A stretch of DNA of 22,145 nucleotides from a virus (lineage: Duplodnaviria; Heunggongvirae; Uroviricota; Caudoviricetes). Below are positions 14,979 to 22,145 of this stretch, one piece after another; position 1 is the first letter of the stretch; every line of letters starts with the position of its first letter. The notes beneath the pieces are model-generated. The model was not told the origin of the DNA and searched no databases. It saw only the letters and a list, made by a program, of their open reading frames with translations. Location: the IMG/VR virus record IMGVR_UViG_3300037461_001229, positions 64,001 through 86,145 of that record; one strand, written 5' to 3'. The position numbers and the translations under genes are program-made.

Positions 14979-17372
14979 ATGCAAAATAGACTAAGGCATA
15001 GTAGTTTTGGACTGGTACCGACAATAGGAGTAGGCAACAAGTCGCAGTCGTGGAGCCAGTACTGGGCAAGTAGGGCGAATTTTTTCACAACACAAAGGAG
15101 CGGATTAGAATTAGTTGACAGTTACGGTGGTACAAATCCATCCATTCAACTACCATATTTATATGCAGAAAATAATGATGAGTATGCGAGATTTGTTGAT
15201 TCATCAAGAGTTTTAGATATAGCTTCAAATGATGAATTTACCCTTTGCGGGTGGGCTAAAAACGAAACAACGGAAAAAACAGCATATCACGCCTTTGCAG
15301 GGAAAAACGTTGCGGGATCACTGAGCGGGAGATATGGTATTTTTCAGAATGTAACAACTGGATATGTTTCTTCGTTGATTCAGACATCAATAAATACGTA
15401 TACAATCACATCCACAATAGATCATACAGACCATGCATGGCGATTTTTAAGGATGGATGTAAAACAAAGCACTAAAAAATTCCGGCTCTTCATAGATGAA
15501 ATTCAAATAGGCGCAGATGTTGATTTTCTTGGCACTTTTGGAGCATTGCCGGAAACTGCCTTTTTTGGTATTGGGGTTGCTAATGCCAACGGCGGCGGCG
15601 GGGGCACTAACTGGATTGACAGGGGGTCTTATTCCGATTGGTATATCTATCATAAAAGACTTTCCGCAGAAGAAGGCACTCTATTAATGTCACGTGGCCG
15701 AGTTTCTGGTGCGGTAGGTTATTGGGATTGTGTGCTTCGCCAGGATAATATATTAATAGACGCTTCCGGTAATGGCTATCATTTAACTGGAGTTAACCTT
15801 GAAAAAGCAACTCATTTGAAATATGGTTCAAATGGAAGCCGCCAATCGTTAGATATTGGTTATTCGCTATATGAAAACTTCCCCAATAAGGAAATACAGA
15901 TACCTTATACCCAGGATGGGATTGCGTTAGTTGGATATACACCTTCAGGATACTCAAAAACGACAGATGTGCCAGGATCAGTTACTGGGTATAATCTTGC
16001 TGATAGCTATTTGCAAATAGCAGGATGGGATAGATCAAACACTACTATATTCAGTTATTTTGCGAGACGGACAGACCTTCAATTTTACTATGATGCGGAT
16101 CATGTGAGTTGGATGCATTCAAGCGAATTAACAAATTTTAATCTGTCAAACTACTTTGAGAATGATTACAGGGGATTATGGTTCACGAAAATTACCGATA
16201 GGGTTCTGACAGAACTTATAGGTTGTTCATCAAATCTTACTGGATCAGATTATAATAAAGCGATTAGATATACAGGTGAGACAGGGTTGTTAAAATTTGA
16301 TGTTATAGTAGCCGGGCATATTTGCGCTGTTAACGGAGCAAAAATGTTAAAGTTTGATGACGTTGATACTATCTCGTTAAGTCTTGATTATGGAGCAACT
16401 TATCCGCATACCAAAGTATTGGTTGGTGTTACGGAAGTACAACACGCAATGATATTTGATAACGGTAATATAATGTTTTGTAGTGCAACAAAGTGTTATT
16501 ATTCAACAGATAATCTTGCAACCTATAACGAGTCAACCGTTTTAGATATAGCAGGGGACCCATTTGTTGCAAGTGACAGACAGAATTTTAGACCCTGGGA
16601 CTGTGATCATTTTGAGGTAACACATGACGGAGTTAGTTTACATACATGGGGGTCTTATATAAACGCCGGTACGGGTGTAGATGTTAATATAAATCAATGG
16701 TACACAATAGATCAGGGATTGACGGTTAAGAGCGGTTATAAATTTCATGTGTCTTTGCCGGATGTAGAATGTAGACATATACATTTCGTTAAATACGATA
16801 AATATGCAGATAAATTTTATATGGGCACGGGCGATGATGATGTCAACCATAATAATTTCATGCGTGGAACCTACGATTCGGTAACGGATGTTTGGACATG
16901 GGTAATAATAGGACAGGGGGCGGCAAATTCTATTTGGGAAAATTCTGATTTTGCTGTCGATGATGATTATTTTTATTTTACAGGTGAGCTTACGCTTCTT
17001 CTAAAGGGGATAAGGCGCTCATTAAAAACAGATATTGCCAATATAGCAACTAATCAGGTCAGAATATGGCCAGTGGAAGAATATTCACTGGCGATGTTTA
17101 TTGATGATAATTATTACATTCATTGTGAATCATTCAACAACTCTACAAAGGTTTATGCTCATATAAATTTTAGTGTTGACGGTAAGAGATATATATCAAG
17201 ACAATTTGATAATATAGATTTAGGGTCAGTGGCGTTTGGCGGTTATCATTGTATAGGGAAACTTGATAATGGGTATTATCTTTTTCAGGCCATATCCGTT
17301 GGTGAATTAGTAACAACTAATTACACAGAAGGACCAACATTACTCATTAAGCCGAGCAAAATAGAGGTATAG
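14979..17372 (+). CDS. Tail spike/receptor-binding protein: LamG (ConA-like) domain plus BNR/sialidase-like beta-propeller
   Basis: FTLCGWAK...WRFLRM...RLFIDE...SDWYIYHKRLS...GYWD...DASGNGYH (LamG). Asp-box-like YYSTDNLATY, YTIDQGLTV and FSVDGKRY, plus RHIHFVKYD...GTGD. Confidence 0.75.
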   Translation: MQNRLRHSSFGLVPTIGVGNKSQSWSQYWASRANFFTTQRSGLELVDSYGGTNPSIQLPYLYAENNDEYARFVDSSRVLDIASNDEFTLCGWAKNETTEKTAYHAFAGKNVAGSLSGRYGIFQNVTTGYVSSLIQTSINTYTITSTIDHTDHAWRFLRMDVKQSTKKFRLFIDEIQIGADVDFLGTFGALPETAFFGIGVANANGGGGGTNWIDRGSYSDWYIYHKRLSAEEGTLLMSRGRVSGAVGYWDCVLRQDNILIDASGNGYHLTGVNLEKATHLKYGSNGSRQSLDIGYSLYENFPNKEIQIPYTQDGIALVGYTPSGYSKTTDVPGSVTGYNLADSYLQIAGWDRSNTTIFSYFARRTDLQFYYDADHVSWMHSSELTNFNLSNYFENDYRGLWFTKITDRVLTELIGCSSNLTGSDYNKAIRYTGETGLLKFDVIVAGHICAVNGAKMLKFDDVDTISLSLDYGATYPHTKVLVGVTEVQHAMIFDNGNIMFCSATKCYYSTDNLATYNESTVLDIAGDPFVASDRQNFRPWDCDHFEVTHDGVSLHTWGSYINAGTGVDVNINQWYTIDQGLTVKSGYKFHVSLPDVECRHIHFVKYDKYADKFYMGTGDDDVNHNNFMRGTYDSVTDVWTWVIIGQGAANSIWENSDFAVDDDYFYFTGELTLLLKGIRRSLKTDIANIATNQVRIWPVEEYSLAMFIDDNYYIHCESFNNSTKVYAHINFSVDGKRYISRQFDNIDLGSVAFGGYHCIGKLDNGYYLFQAISVGELVTTNYTEGPTLLIKPSKIEV

Positions 17373-17375
17373 ATT

Positions 17376-17786
17376 ATGAACGAAATCGAGATATTCAACT
17401 TAATAGACAAGGCACTGAGCCGGTACGCTGAGAGCACATCGACACTTATTGCCGCCGAACTGGATAATGTGCGCCATGAGATACGTGGCGTTAAGGATGA
17501 GTTTAAGCAGATGAACGGCAAACTGCGGGAGGTCTGCGAGTGGAAGGCAAAACAGGAGGGGATACAGCAGGAGTGTAGTCACCGGAATGATAACAACTAT
17601 AAAACCATTGGGGCGGTGGTTGGTGTTGCCGGATTGCTTTTAACCATATTTCTTGGATTCAGTCGTGTGAATGAACGGATGGATAAAATACAGAGGGAGA
17701 ATGAGGCGCAAAGTATAATGATGATGGAAGACAGGGGACATCCCAGCCCGACAAGAGGTTCAATAGATAGCTTGCTACTGCAATGA
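17376..17786 (+). CDS. Coiled-coil, single-TM membrane protein (holin/antiholin or XhlA-like)
   Basis: Coiled coil with MNGKLR, TM segment IGAVVGVAGLLLTIFLGF, and a 4-nt overlap with the endolysin start. Confidence 0.55.
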   Translation: MNEIEIFNLIDKALSRYAESTSTLIAAELDNVRHEIRGVKDEFKQMNGKLREVCEWKAKQEGIQQECSHRNDNNYKTIGAVVGVAGLLLTIFLGFSRVNERMDKIQRENEAQSIMMMEDRGHPSPTRGSIDSLLLQ

Positions 17787-18178
17787 TAAAAGAGCTACTT
17801 AAAAAGCATGAAGGCTTACGGTTAAAGCCTTACAGAGATACGGTGGGCGTGCTTACTATCGGTTACGGGCGGAACCTTGAGAGCAGGGGAATAACAGAAC
17901 AGGAGGCAGATATGATGCTTGAGAATGATATTAAATGGTTCACCAGGCAGTTACAAATGGAATTGCCATGGTTTGACAGCAAGCCGGAGAATGTCAAGAC
18001 GGTGCTGGTGAATATGGCTTTTAACCTGGGTGTCGGTGGGTTGCTGGGTTTCAAAAACACATTGAAACTTATCGAAGACGGCAAGTACGAGGAGGCTTCA
18101 AAGGCTATGCTAAAGTCATTATGGGCGCAACAGGTGGGCGCAAGAGCCGTTGAATTATCACAGATGCTTGCGGGTTAA
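17783..18178 (+). CDS. Endolysin, GH24 phage lysozyme
   Basis: HEGLRLKPYRDTVGVLTIGYGRNL carries the E-x8-D-x5-T triad. LVNMAFNLG and SLWAQQVGARA are also present. Confidence 0.93.
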   Translation: MIKELLKKHEGLRLKPYRDTVGVLTIGYGRNLESRGITEQEADMMLENDIKWFTRQLQMELPWFDSKPENVKTVLVNMAFNLGVGGLLGFKNTLKLIEDGKYEEASKAMLKSLWAQQVGARAVELSQMLAG

Positions 18179-18260
18179 TAACTTGCGGTCATTAGTTAAT
18201 AGCATTTGGCAAAATCTGTTATCTGTTATATTTATTTAGTCTAATTTTGAATAGTGTAAG

Positions 18261-18290
18261 TGTCACGTTTTTACCGGCATTAACGTGACA
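18261..18290. promoter_or_regulatory. Perfect 9-bp inverted repeat (operator-like or hairpin)
   Basis: TGTCACGTT-N12-AACGTGACA, just downstream of a TAATTTTG (TAnnTTTG) at 18242-18249. Confidence 0.5.
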
Positions 18291-18433
18291 AATTGAGAGT
18301 TCTTTTTTGTATAAATAGTTATAAAACGGTACTTATTGCATAGTTGTTATTTTTAACAACAATAATTAATGTAAAGTATAATTAACAAAACCGGCACTAT
18401 TTGTAAAATATATGACACAATTAAAACTACTTT

Positions 18434-18766
18434 ATGAATGTAAGCATTAACATTGATGACTTAACAGATTTAAGACGAAGAAGCGATACATCAGAAATCC
18501 TTTTTGAGCGTATTATAATATTATTTGCAAAAGAATTTATCAGAAAAAACCCCCGTAATCGCAATGCTGAAGGATATAAAAATAAACTGGCCGAATACAT
18601 TAATAAAAGAATTAATAAAGAAGGTATTTATCTTAAAGACAAAGTGAGTGAGGTATGGTTTAGTTGTCAGGGTAAGGGATATTTGACGTATTGGGGATAT
18701 AAAGATTCAAAGATTATTTATGAAGTAGATAATTTAATTAGGGGCGAAGAAATATGGCACAAATAA
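18434..18766 (+). CDS. AT-rich hypothetical protein inserted in the lysis cassette (moron-like)
   Basis: 110-aa basic ORF. Two of three spot-counted lines are 15/60 GC (the third 23/60) versus 30/60 in a lysozyme line. It has its own 255-nt AT-rich upstream region. Confidence 0.6.
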   Translation: MNVSINIDDLTDLRRRSDTSEILFERIIILFAKEFIRKNPRNRNAEGYKNKLAEYINKRINKEGIYLKDKVSEVWFSCQGKGYLTYWGYKDSKIIYEVDNLIRGEEIWHK

Positions 18767-18942
18767 AACTATTAGTCACTTTAACATGGAGCAAGATTAT
18801 GGCCTTTATGGTCCTGATCGCTGCGGTGTCGCTGGACTTCTATAACGGCGGGGCAACCTGTACTATGTTTGCCATACCTTTTATTTCTGCGCTGGTTCTT
18901 GGTAAGCAGTATTTTGACAAGGGAAGGCCTGAAAACAAATGA
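18754..18942 (+). CDS. Probable holin (two TM helices)
   Basis: 62 aa with two hydrophobic segments and a basic C-terminus, overlapping the spanin start. Confidence 0.6.
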   Translation: MAQIKLLVTLTWSKIMAFMVLIAAVSLDFYNGGATCTMFAIPFISALVLGKQYFDKGRPENK

Positions 18943-19391
18943 GACAAATTAAGGTCATAGCCTTATTGATTTTTCTCCTTCCAGGATGCGTCACACAGCG
19001 CAAGTGCCTGGATAAGTTCCCGCCTGACACGGTGCGGACTGTAACAACCATTTACCGGGACACAACTATTAATATAACCATTAAAAAACTTGCGCCAAAA
19101 TTAGCTTTCGGTTCTATTAATGCACCATTAATAGTGCGTTACGGAAATACAACTGTGAAAACATACGTAAAACATGACACTATTTATTCGTTTTTTTCAA
19201 GTATAGATACAACTCTGACCTTAAAACTGGACTCCGTTATCCGGGTAACTACCGAACAATTATCGGTAATTCAGACGTATAAAGAGAAGTACGTGCCTAA
19301 ATGGGTGAGGGACCTGGCCTGCTTCGGCGGGTTCGTGGCGGGGTTGCTGATACTTATATTTATTTTGAAAGTCAAAAAGTTTTTTGCATGA
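18939..19391 (+). CDS. Unimolecular spanin (u-spanin)
   Basis: Lipoprotein signal with lipobox LLPGC, beta-rich DT-repeat periplasmic part, and a C-terminal TM (FGGFVAGLLILIFIL) followed by KVKK. Confidence 0.75.
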   Translation: MRQIKVIALLIFLLPGCVTQRKCLDKFPPDTVRTVTTIYRDTTINITIKKLAPKLAFGSINAPLIVRYGNTTVKTYVKHDTIYSFFSSIDTTLTLKLDSVIRVTTEQLSVIQTYKEKYVPKWVRDLACFGGFVAGLLILIFILKVKKFFA

Positions 19392-19621
19392 ATAGTTATT
19401 CGCCATTTTGCACCGAAAGACGCAAGGTGTTATTTGATGCATTAGATAAGTTTAAGAGAAGCAGCGACAGGGGGATAGCTAAATACCTTATTAAATACCA
19501 TCCCGGTTTTTACCCTGATGCGGAAGAGGCACGGAGGCACATAAGATACTATCGAGGTACTAACGGAAAGAAAAACAGAGACAAACTATCAATTAAAAAA
19601 TATGTCAGAGAACCCATTTGA
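19388..19621 (+). CDS. Small basic helical protein, possibly the detached N-terminal domain of the phosphoesterase
   Basis: ATG 19388 overlaps the spanin TGA (ATGA), a better start than 19301. Contains RGIAKYL...EEARRHIRYYRG.NGKKNR. Confidence 0.6.
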   Translation: MNSYSPFCTERRKVLFDALDKFKRSSDRGIAKYLIKYHPGFYPDAEEARRHIRYYRGTNGKKNRDKLSIKKYVREPI

Positions 19622-20384
19622 GTTACCGGAAAGCTACAAAGAGGAATACGAGCCATATCATTGCCCGTTCTATGATAACTGGCTGGTTATGTCAGACATT
19701 CACGTGCCATACCACGACATTGGGGCAATAAGTGAATTAATCAACTACGGCATTGAAAAGAATATCAAAGCCATATTAATCAACGGCGACTTTCTTGACT
19801 GCTACCAGTTAAGTAAATTTAACCCGGATCCACGCAAGCGCAACCTTAGTGAAGAGATGGAGGCAGGCATAGAGCTGTTAAAGTCATTACAGAAGTACAC
19901 GGGGGCAAAGATATTCTTTAAAAGCGGCAACCATGAAGAGAGGCTTGAGAACATCCTGATAAGGCAGGCCCCGTTTCTGCTTGGTATTCCTGACTTTGAG
20001 CTTGATAAGCTGTTACGGCTTGAGCAAATGGGTATTGAATACATTAAAGACCAGCGAAGGGTTTATATAGGTAAGTTAGCGGTCATTCACGGGCATGAGG
20101 TTAGGTTAGTGAATACCATTGTAAACCCTGCCAGAACACTATTTTTAAAGGCAAAGCGGTCAACTATGTGCGGTCATCTGCACGTTCCCTCAATGCACAC
20201 CGGCAAGAGCTTAGATGATAAAATAATAAGTTGCTGGAGCACCGGTCATCTTGGCGATCCTCATCCGAGGTATGCAAGGAATAACGAGTGGATACATGGC
20301 GGGGCAAGGGTAGAGGTTGATGCAGAGGGCAATTTTGAGGTGGTTAATCTGAGGCTTATACACAATAAACTATACAGGGCATGA
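19602..20384 (+). CDS. Calcineurin-like metallophosphoesterase
   Basis: All five motifs are present: SDIH, NGDFLD, GNHE, HGH and GHLH. Confidence 0.9.
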   Translation: MSENPFELPESYKEEYEPYHCPFYDNWLVMSDIHVPYHDIGAISELINYGIEKNIKAILINGDFLDCYQLSKFNPDPRKRNLSEEMEAGIELLKSLQKYTGAKIFFKSGNHEERLENILIRQAPFLLGIPDFELDKLLRLEQMGIEYIKDQRRVYIGKLAVIHGHEVRLVNTIVNPARTLFLKAKRSTMCGHLHVPSMHTGKSLDDKIISCWSTGHLGDPHPRYARNNEWIHGGARVEVDAEGNFEVVNLRLIHNKLYRA

Positions 20385-20614
20385 AGAAGGTCTATATTGA
20401 ATGGAATGATGCCTGGTCTTATGATCCATGGACAAGCAACAAGGATGCTGTTGAAATATGCAGTAAGATGATGCTCTGCAAGACGATAGGGTGGGTGTTG
20501 GACCAGACGGCTGACTTTATTATTATCTGTCACAGTTATAATGATGAGTTACAGGTGACGGGTTGTCTAAATATACCCATGTCATGCGTTAAAAAGGTTG
20601 AAGCGTTAGAGTAG
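20381..20614 (+). CDS. Conserved small phage protein (W.DA...W...C.T.GW...IP pattern)
   Basis: ATGA overlap with the phosphoesterase. VYIEWNDA...W...CKTIGWV...IPMSCVKKV is a pattern I recognise from phage hypotheticals. Confidence 0.65.
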   Translation: MKKVYIEWNDAWSYDPWTSNKDAVEICSKMMLCKTIGWVLDQTADFIIICHSYNDELQVTGCLNIPMSCVKKVEALE

Positions 20615-20639
20615 TTCTGTTTTTCATAGTTTGGGTTTT

Positions 20640-20709
20640 CCGGGGCTGTTTCCTGATTTGGCTGAAATTCACTGCGGGTTTTGGCGGTCGGTTACGGCCC
20701 CGGTTTTTT
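20640..20709 (+). terminator. Intrinsic terminator with an extended G.U-rich hairpin
   Basis: CCGGGGCTG (20640-48) pairs with CGGCCCCGG (20695-703) and is followed by T6. The enclosed sequence forms further stacked stems. Confidence 0.75.
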
Positions 20710-20765
20710 ACATATATTATGTAACAGGGAATATGTTTAACAACTTATAAACAACCGGGAATTAT

Positions 20766-20951
20766 ATGATAAATATCACTATTTTTAGTATAGTGAAAGC
20801 AAGTATTAAGATCGCTGTATCCGGTAAATTTACAGAAGATCAGCTAAAGATATTAAAACGGGTTGTTGTCGTATTAGAACAGCATAAACTGTCTGTCAGG
20901 CTCGTAATGACTGAAAAGAAACACAAATCCTGCCTGCGGAAAGTTATTTAG
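20766..20951 (+). CDS. Small hypothetical protein, paralog A (probable start GTG 20793)
   Basis: KASIKIAVSGKFTEDQLKILKRVVVVLEQHKLSV aligns with the ORF at 21108. Confidence 0.6.
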   Translation: MINITIFSIVKASIKIAVSGKFTEDQLKILKRVVVVLEQHKLSVRLVMTEKKHKSCLRKVI

Positions 20952-21031
20952 AATGCGTATAAATTACGTTCTATTTAACATAATTATATTATCATGTCAA
21001 ATAAAAATTTTAATTTAGCATCATAAATTTT

Positions 21032-21107
21032 CAGAATCCCCTTAATTTCCTATAATTAATATTATTGTTAAATAGGAAAGGGGGTTCTGGAAGAAAAAAC
21101 CAGAACC
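21032..21107 (+). promoter_or_regulatory. Alternative-hairpin 5' leader
   Basis: Hairpin 21032-21089 competes with GGTTCTGG (21083-90) / CCAGAACC (21100-07), which abuts ATG 21108. Confidence 0.5.
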
Positions 21108-21272
21108 ATGAAAACAGCAACAATCAAAATCGCAACTGCTGACAAATCGTTCAGCGGGGATCAGCTTCAAATTATTCGCAGGATTACACAGGTATTAATA
21201 CAGCATCAGCTTGCTGTATGTACTATTATTGGCAGGATTCATCACATAAATAAACATTTAAAAGCAGCTTAA
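21108..21272 (+). CDS. Small hypothetical protein, paralog B (54 aa, absent from the ORF track)
   Basis: MKTATIKIATADKSFSGDQLQIIRRITQVLIQHQLAVCTIIGRIHHINKHLKAA*; about 19 identities over about 45 aligned positions with paralog A. Confidence 0.7.
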   Translation: MKTATIKIATADKSFSGDQLQIIRRITQVLIQHQLAVCTIIGRIHHINKHLKAA

Positions 21273-21276
21273 AACT

Positions 21277-21498
21277 ATGACAACAGAACTATCAAAAGCA
21301 TTTTACAGCATCCCGGAGGAGGAGAGAACCCCCGTTGCGGATGAAATTTGCAAGGCTATGGAGTGGAGCCGGTCAACCTTTGACAACAAGAAGGCGGGGC
21401 GGTCATCTATCACTTATCTGGAACGTGCAGCCCTGACATTCTTTTTTAAGTCAAAGGGTGTGGATTACATCAGTGGATTACCAATATTCTACAGATAA
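21277..21498 (+). CDS. Cro/XRE-like helix-turn-helix regulator
   Basis: VADEICKAMEWSRSTFDNKKAGRSSITYLE fits an HTH pattern. It is 73 aa and at the start of the early region. Confidence 0.7.
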   Translation: MTTELSKAFYSIPEEERTPVADEICKAMEWSRSTFDNKKAGRSSITYLERAALTFFFKSKGVDYISGLPIFYR

Positions 21499-21752
21499 TG
21501 GATGACATGGAAACAATCAAATGGCTGATAGCTGCCAATTATGAAAAGGCGGTACAGGTGCAAAAGATACAGGACTTCCGGGCAAAGCTCATGGACTGCA
21601 AAAGTCAGTCAGAGATAAGCTCGCTGGTCTTCCAGTATGATGACTTGCTTAATGAAAATCCGAAGCTATACACGGCTATTAAATTAGCCAGTGTGCGAGT
21701 TGGTCGGTTACATAAAGAGAAGTTGAATAGCTATAACAATTTAATGAATTAG
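21498..21752 (+). CDS. Hypothetical helical protein
   Basis: 84-aa ORF coupled to the HTH gene (TAATG). Confidence 0.6.
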   Translation: MDDMETIKWLIAANYEKAVQVQKIQDFRAKLMDCKSQSEISSLVFQYDDLLNENPKLYTAIKLASVRVGRLHKEKLNSYNNLMN

Positions 21753-21754
21753 CT

Positions 21755-22145
21755 ATGAAAACAACCATTCAGATCAAATCCATTTTTGGCAAACTTCTTT
21801 TTGAATTAGAAAAAGAAGGAAATACTGTTAAACATACAGTAGAAGAAGCCGTAAAACAAGGGGCAAACCTTTACGGGGCAAACCTTATCAGGGCAGACCT
21901 TGACGGGGCAAGACTTGTCGGGGCAAACCTTGACGGGGCAAACCTTATCAAGGCAAACCTTTACGGGGCAAACCTTGACGGGGCAAACCTTGACGGGGCA
22001 GACCTTGACGGGGCAAACCTTATCAAGGCAAACCTTTACGGGGCAAACCTTGACGGGGCAAACCTTATCAAGGCAAACCTTTACGGGGCAAACCTTGACG
22101 GGGCAAACCTTATCAGGGCAGACCTTGACGGGGCAAACCTTATCA
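21755..22145 (+). CDS. Pentapeptide-repeat protein (3'-truncated)
   Basis: MKTTIQIKSIFGKLLFELEKEGNTVKHTVEEAVKQG followed by ANLYG/ANLIR/ADLDG repeats to the window end. Confidence 0.92.
   Translation, partial: MKTTIQIKSIFGKLLFELEKEGNTVKHTVEEAVKQGANLYGANLIRADLDGARLVGANLDGANLIKANLYGANLDGANLDGADLDGANLIKANLYGANLDGANLIKANLYGANLDGANLIRADLDGANLI
21860..22145 (+). repeat. 15-bp tandem coding repeat (about 19 units, e.g. GGGGCAAACCTTGAC)
   Basis: Head-to-tail units encoding A(N/D)Lxx, with no unique spacers. Confidence 0.95.

Noticed and set aside
14979-17372. Diversity-generating retroelement target in the tail spike
   Set aside because: No template/variable repeat pair or reverse transcriptase is visible in the window.
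19301-19387. Upstream start for the 106-aa ORF
   Set aside because: It would overlap the spanin TM-coding region by about 90 nt. ATG 19388 (ATGA coupling) is more plausible.
21860-22145. Tandem repeats as a CRISPR array
   Set aside because: 15-bp head-to-tail units without unique spacers, fully explained by pentapeptide coding.
1-22145. tRNA, rRNA, integrase, att site or IS element
   Set aside because: None was recognised. Whether this is a prophage or a free phage cannot be decided from this window.

Overview
The window is a co-directional (+ strand) 22 kb segment of a tailed phage or prophage, most likely podovirus-type with a Bacteroidota host. Host evidence is the TAnnTTTG promoter motifs, a BACON-like domain, a u-spanin and A-rich translation starts. 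Gene order: tail and appendage genes (BACON/Ig-like, small tail protein, PKD+LRR protein, a stand-alone C-terminal piece of a gp10-like tail nozzle), two DNA-ejection proteins, a 3218-aa polyvalent ejection protein (C39-like peptidase, HExxH zincin, ART-like, possibly SAM-lyase-like and unknown cassettes), an adaptor and a LamG/beta-propeller tail spike, a lysis cassette interrupted by an AT-rich gene, a metallophosphoesterase, then an early/regulatory region (two paralogous micro-ORFs, a Cro-like HTH, a pentapeptide-repeat protein). No rRNA, tRNA, CRISPR array, integrase or transposase was seen. The most striking unexplained structures are: (1) a 44-aa gene nested out of frame inside the giant gene; (2) enzyme cassettes in the giant protein separated by repeated (I/V)Q(P/A)S joints; (3) a structured 3' RNA at the end of the late operon that is complementary to the start codon region of the Cro-like gene; (4) tandem paralogous micro-ORFs whose starts lie in or beside hairpins. 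All family assignments come from motif recognition by eye; no database search was run.
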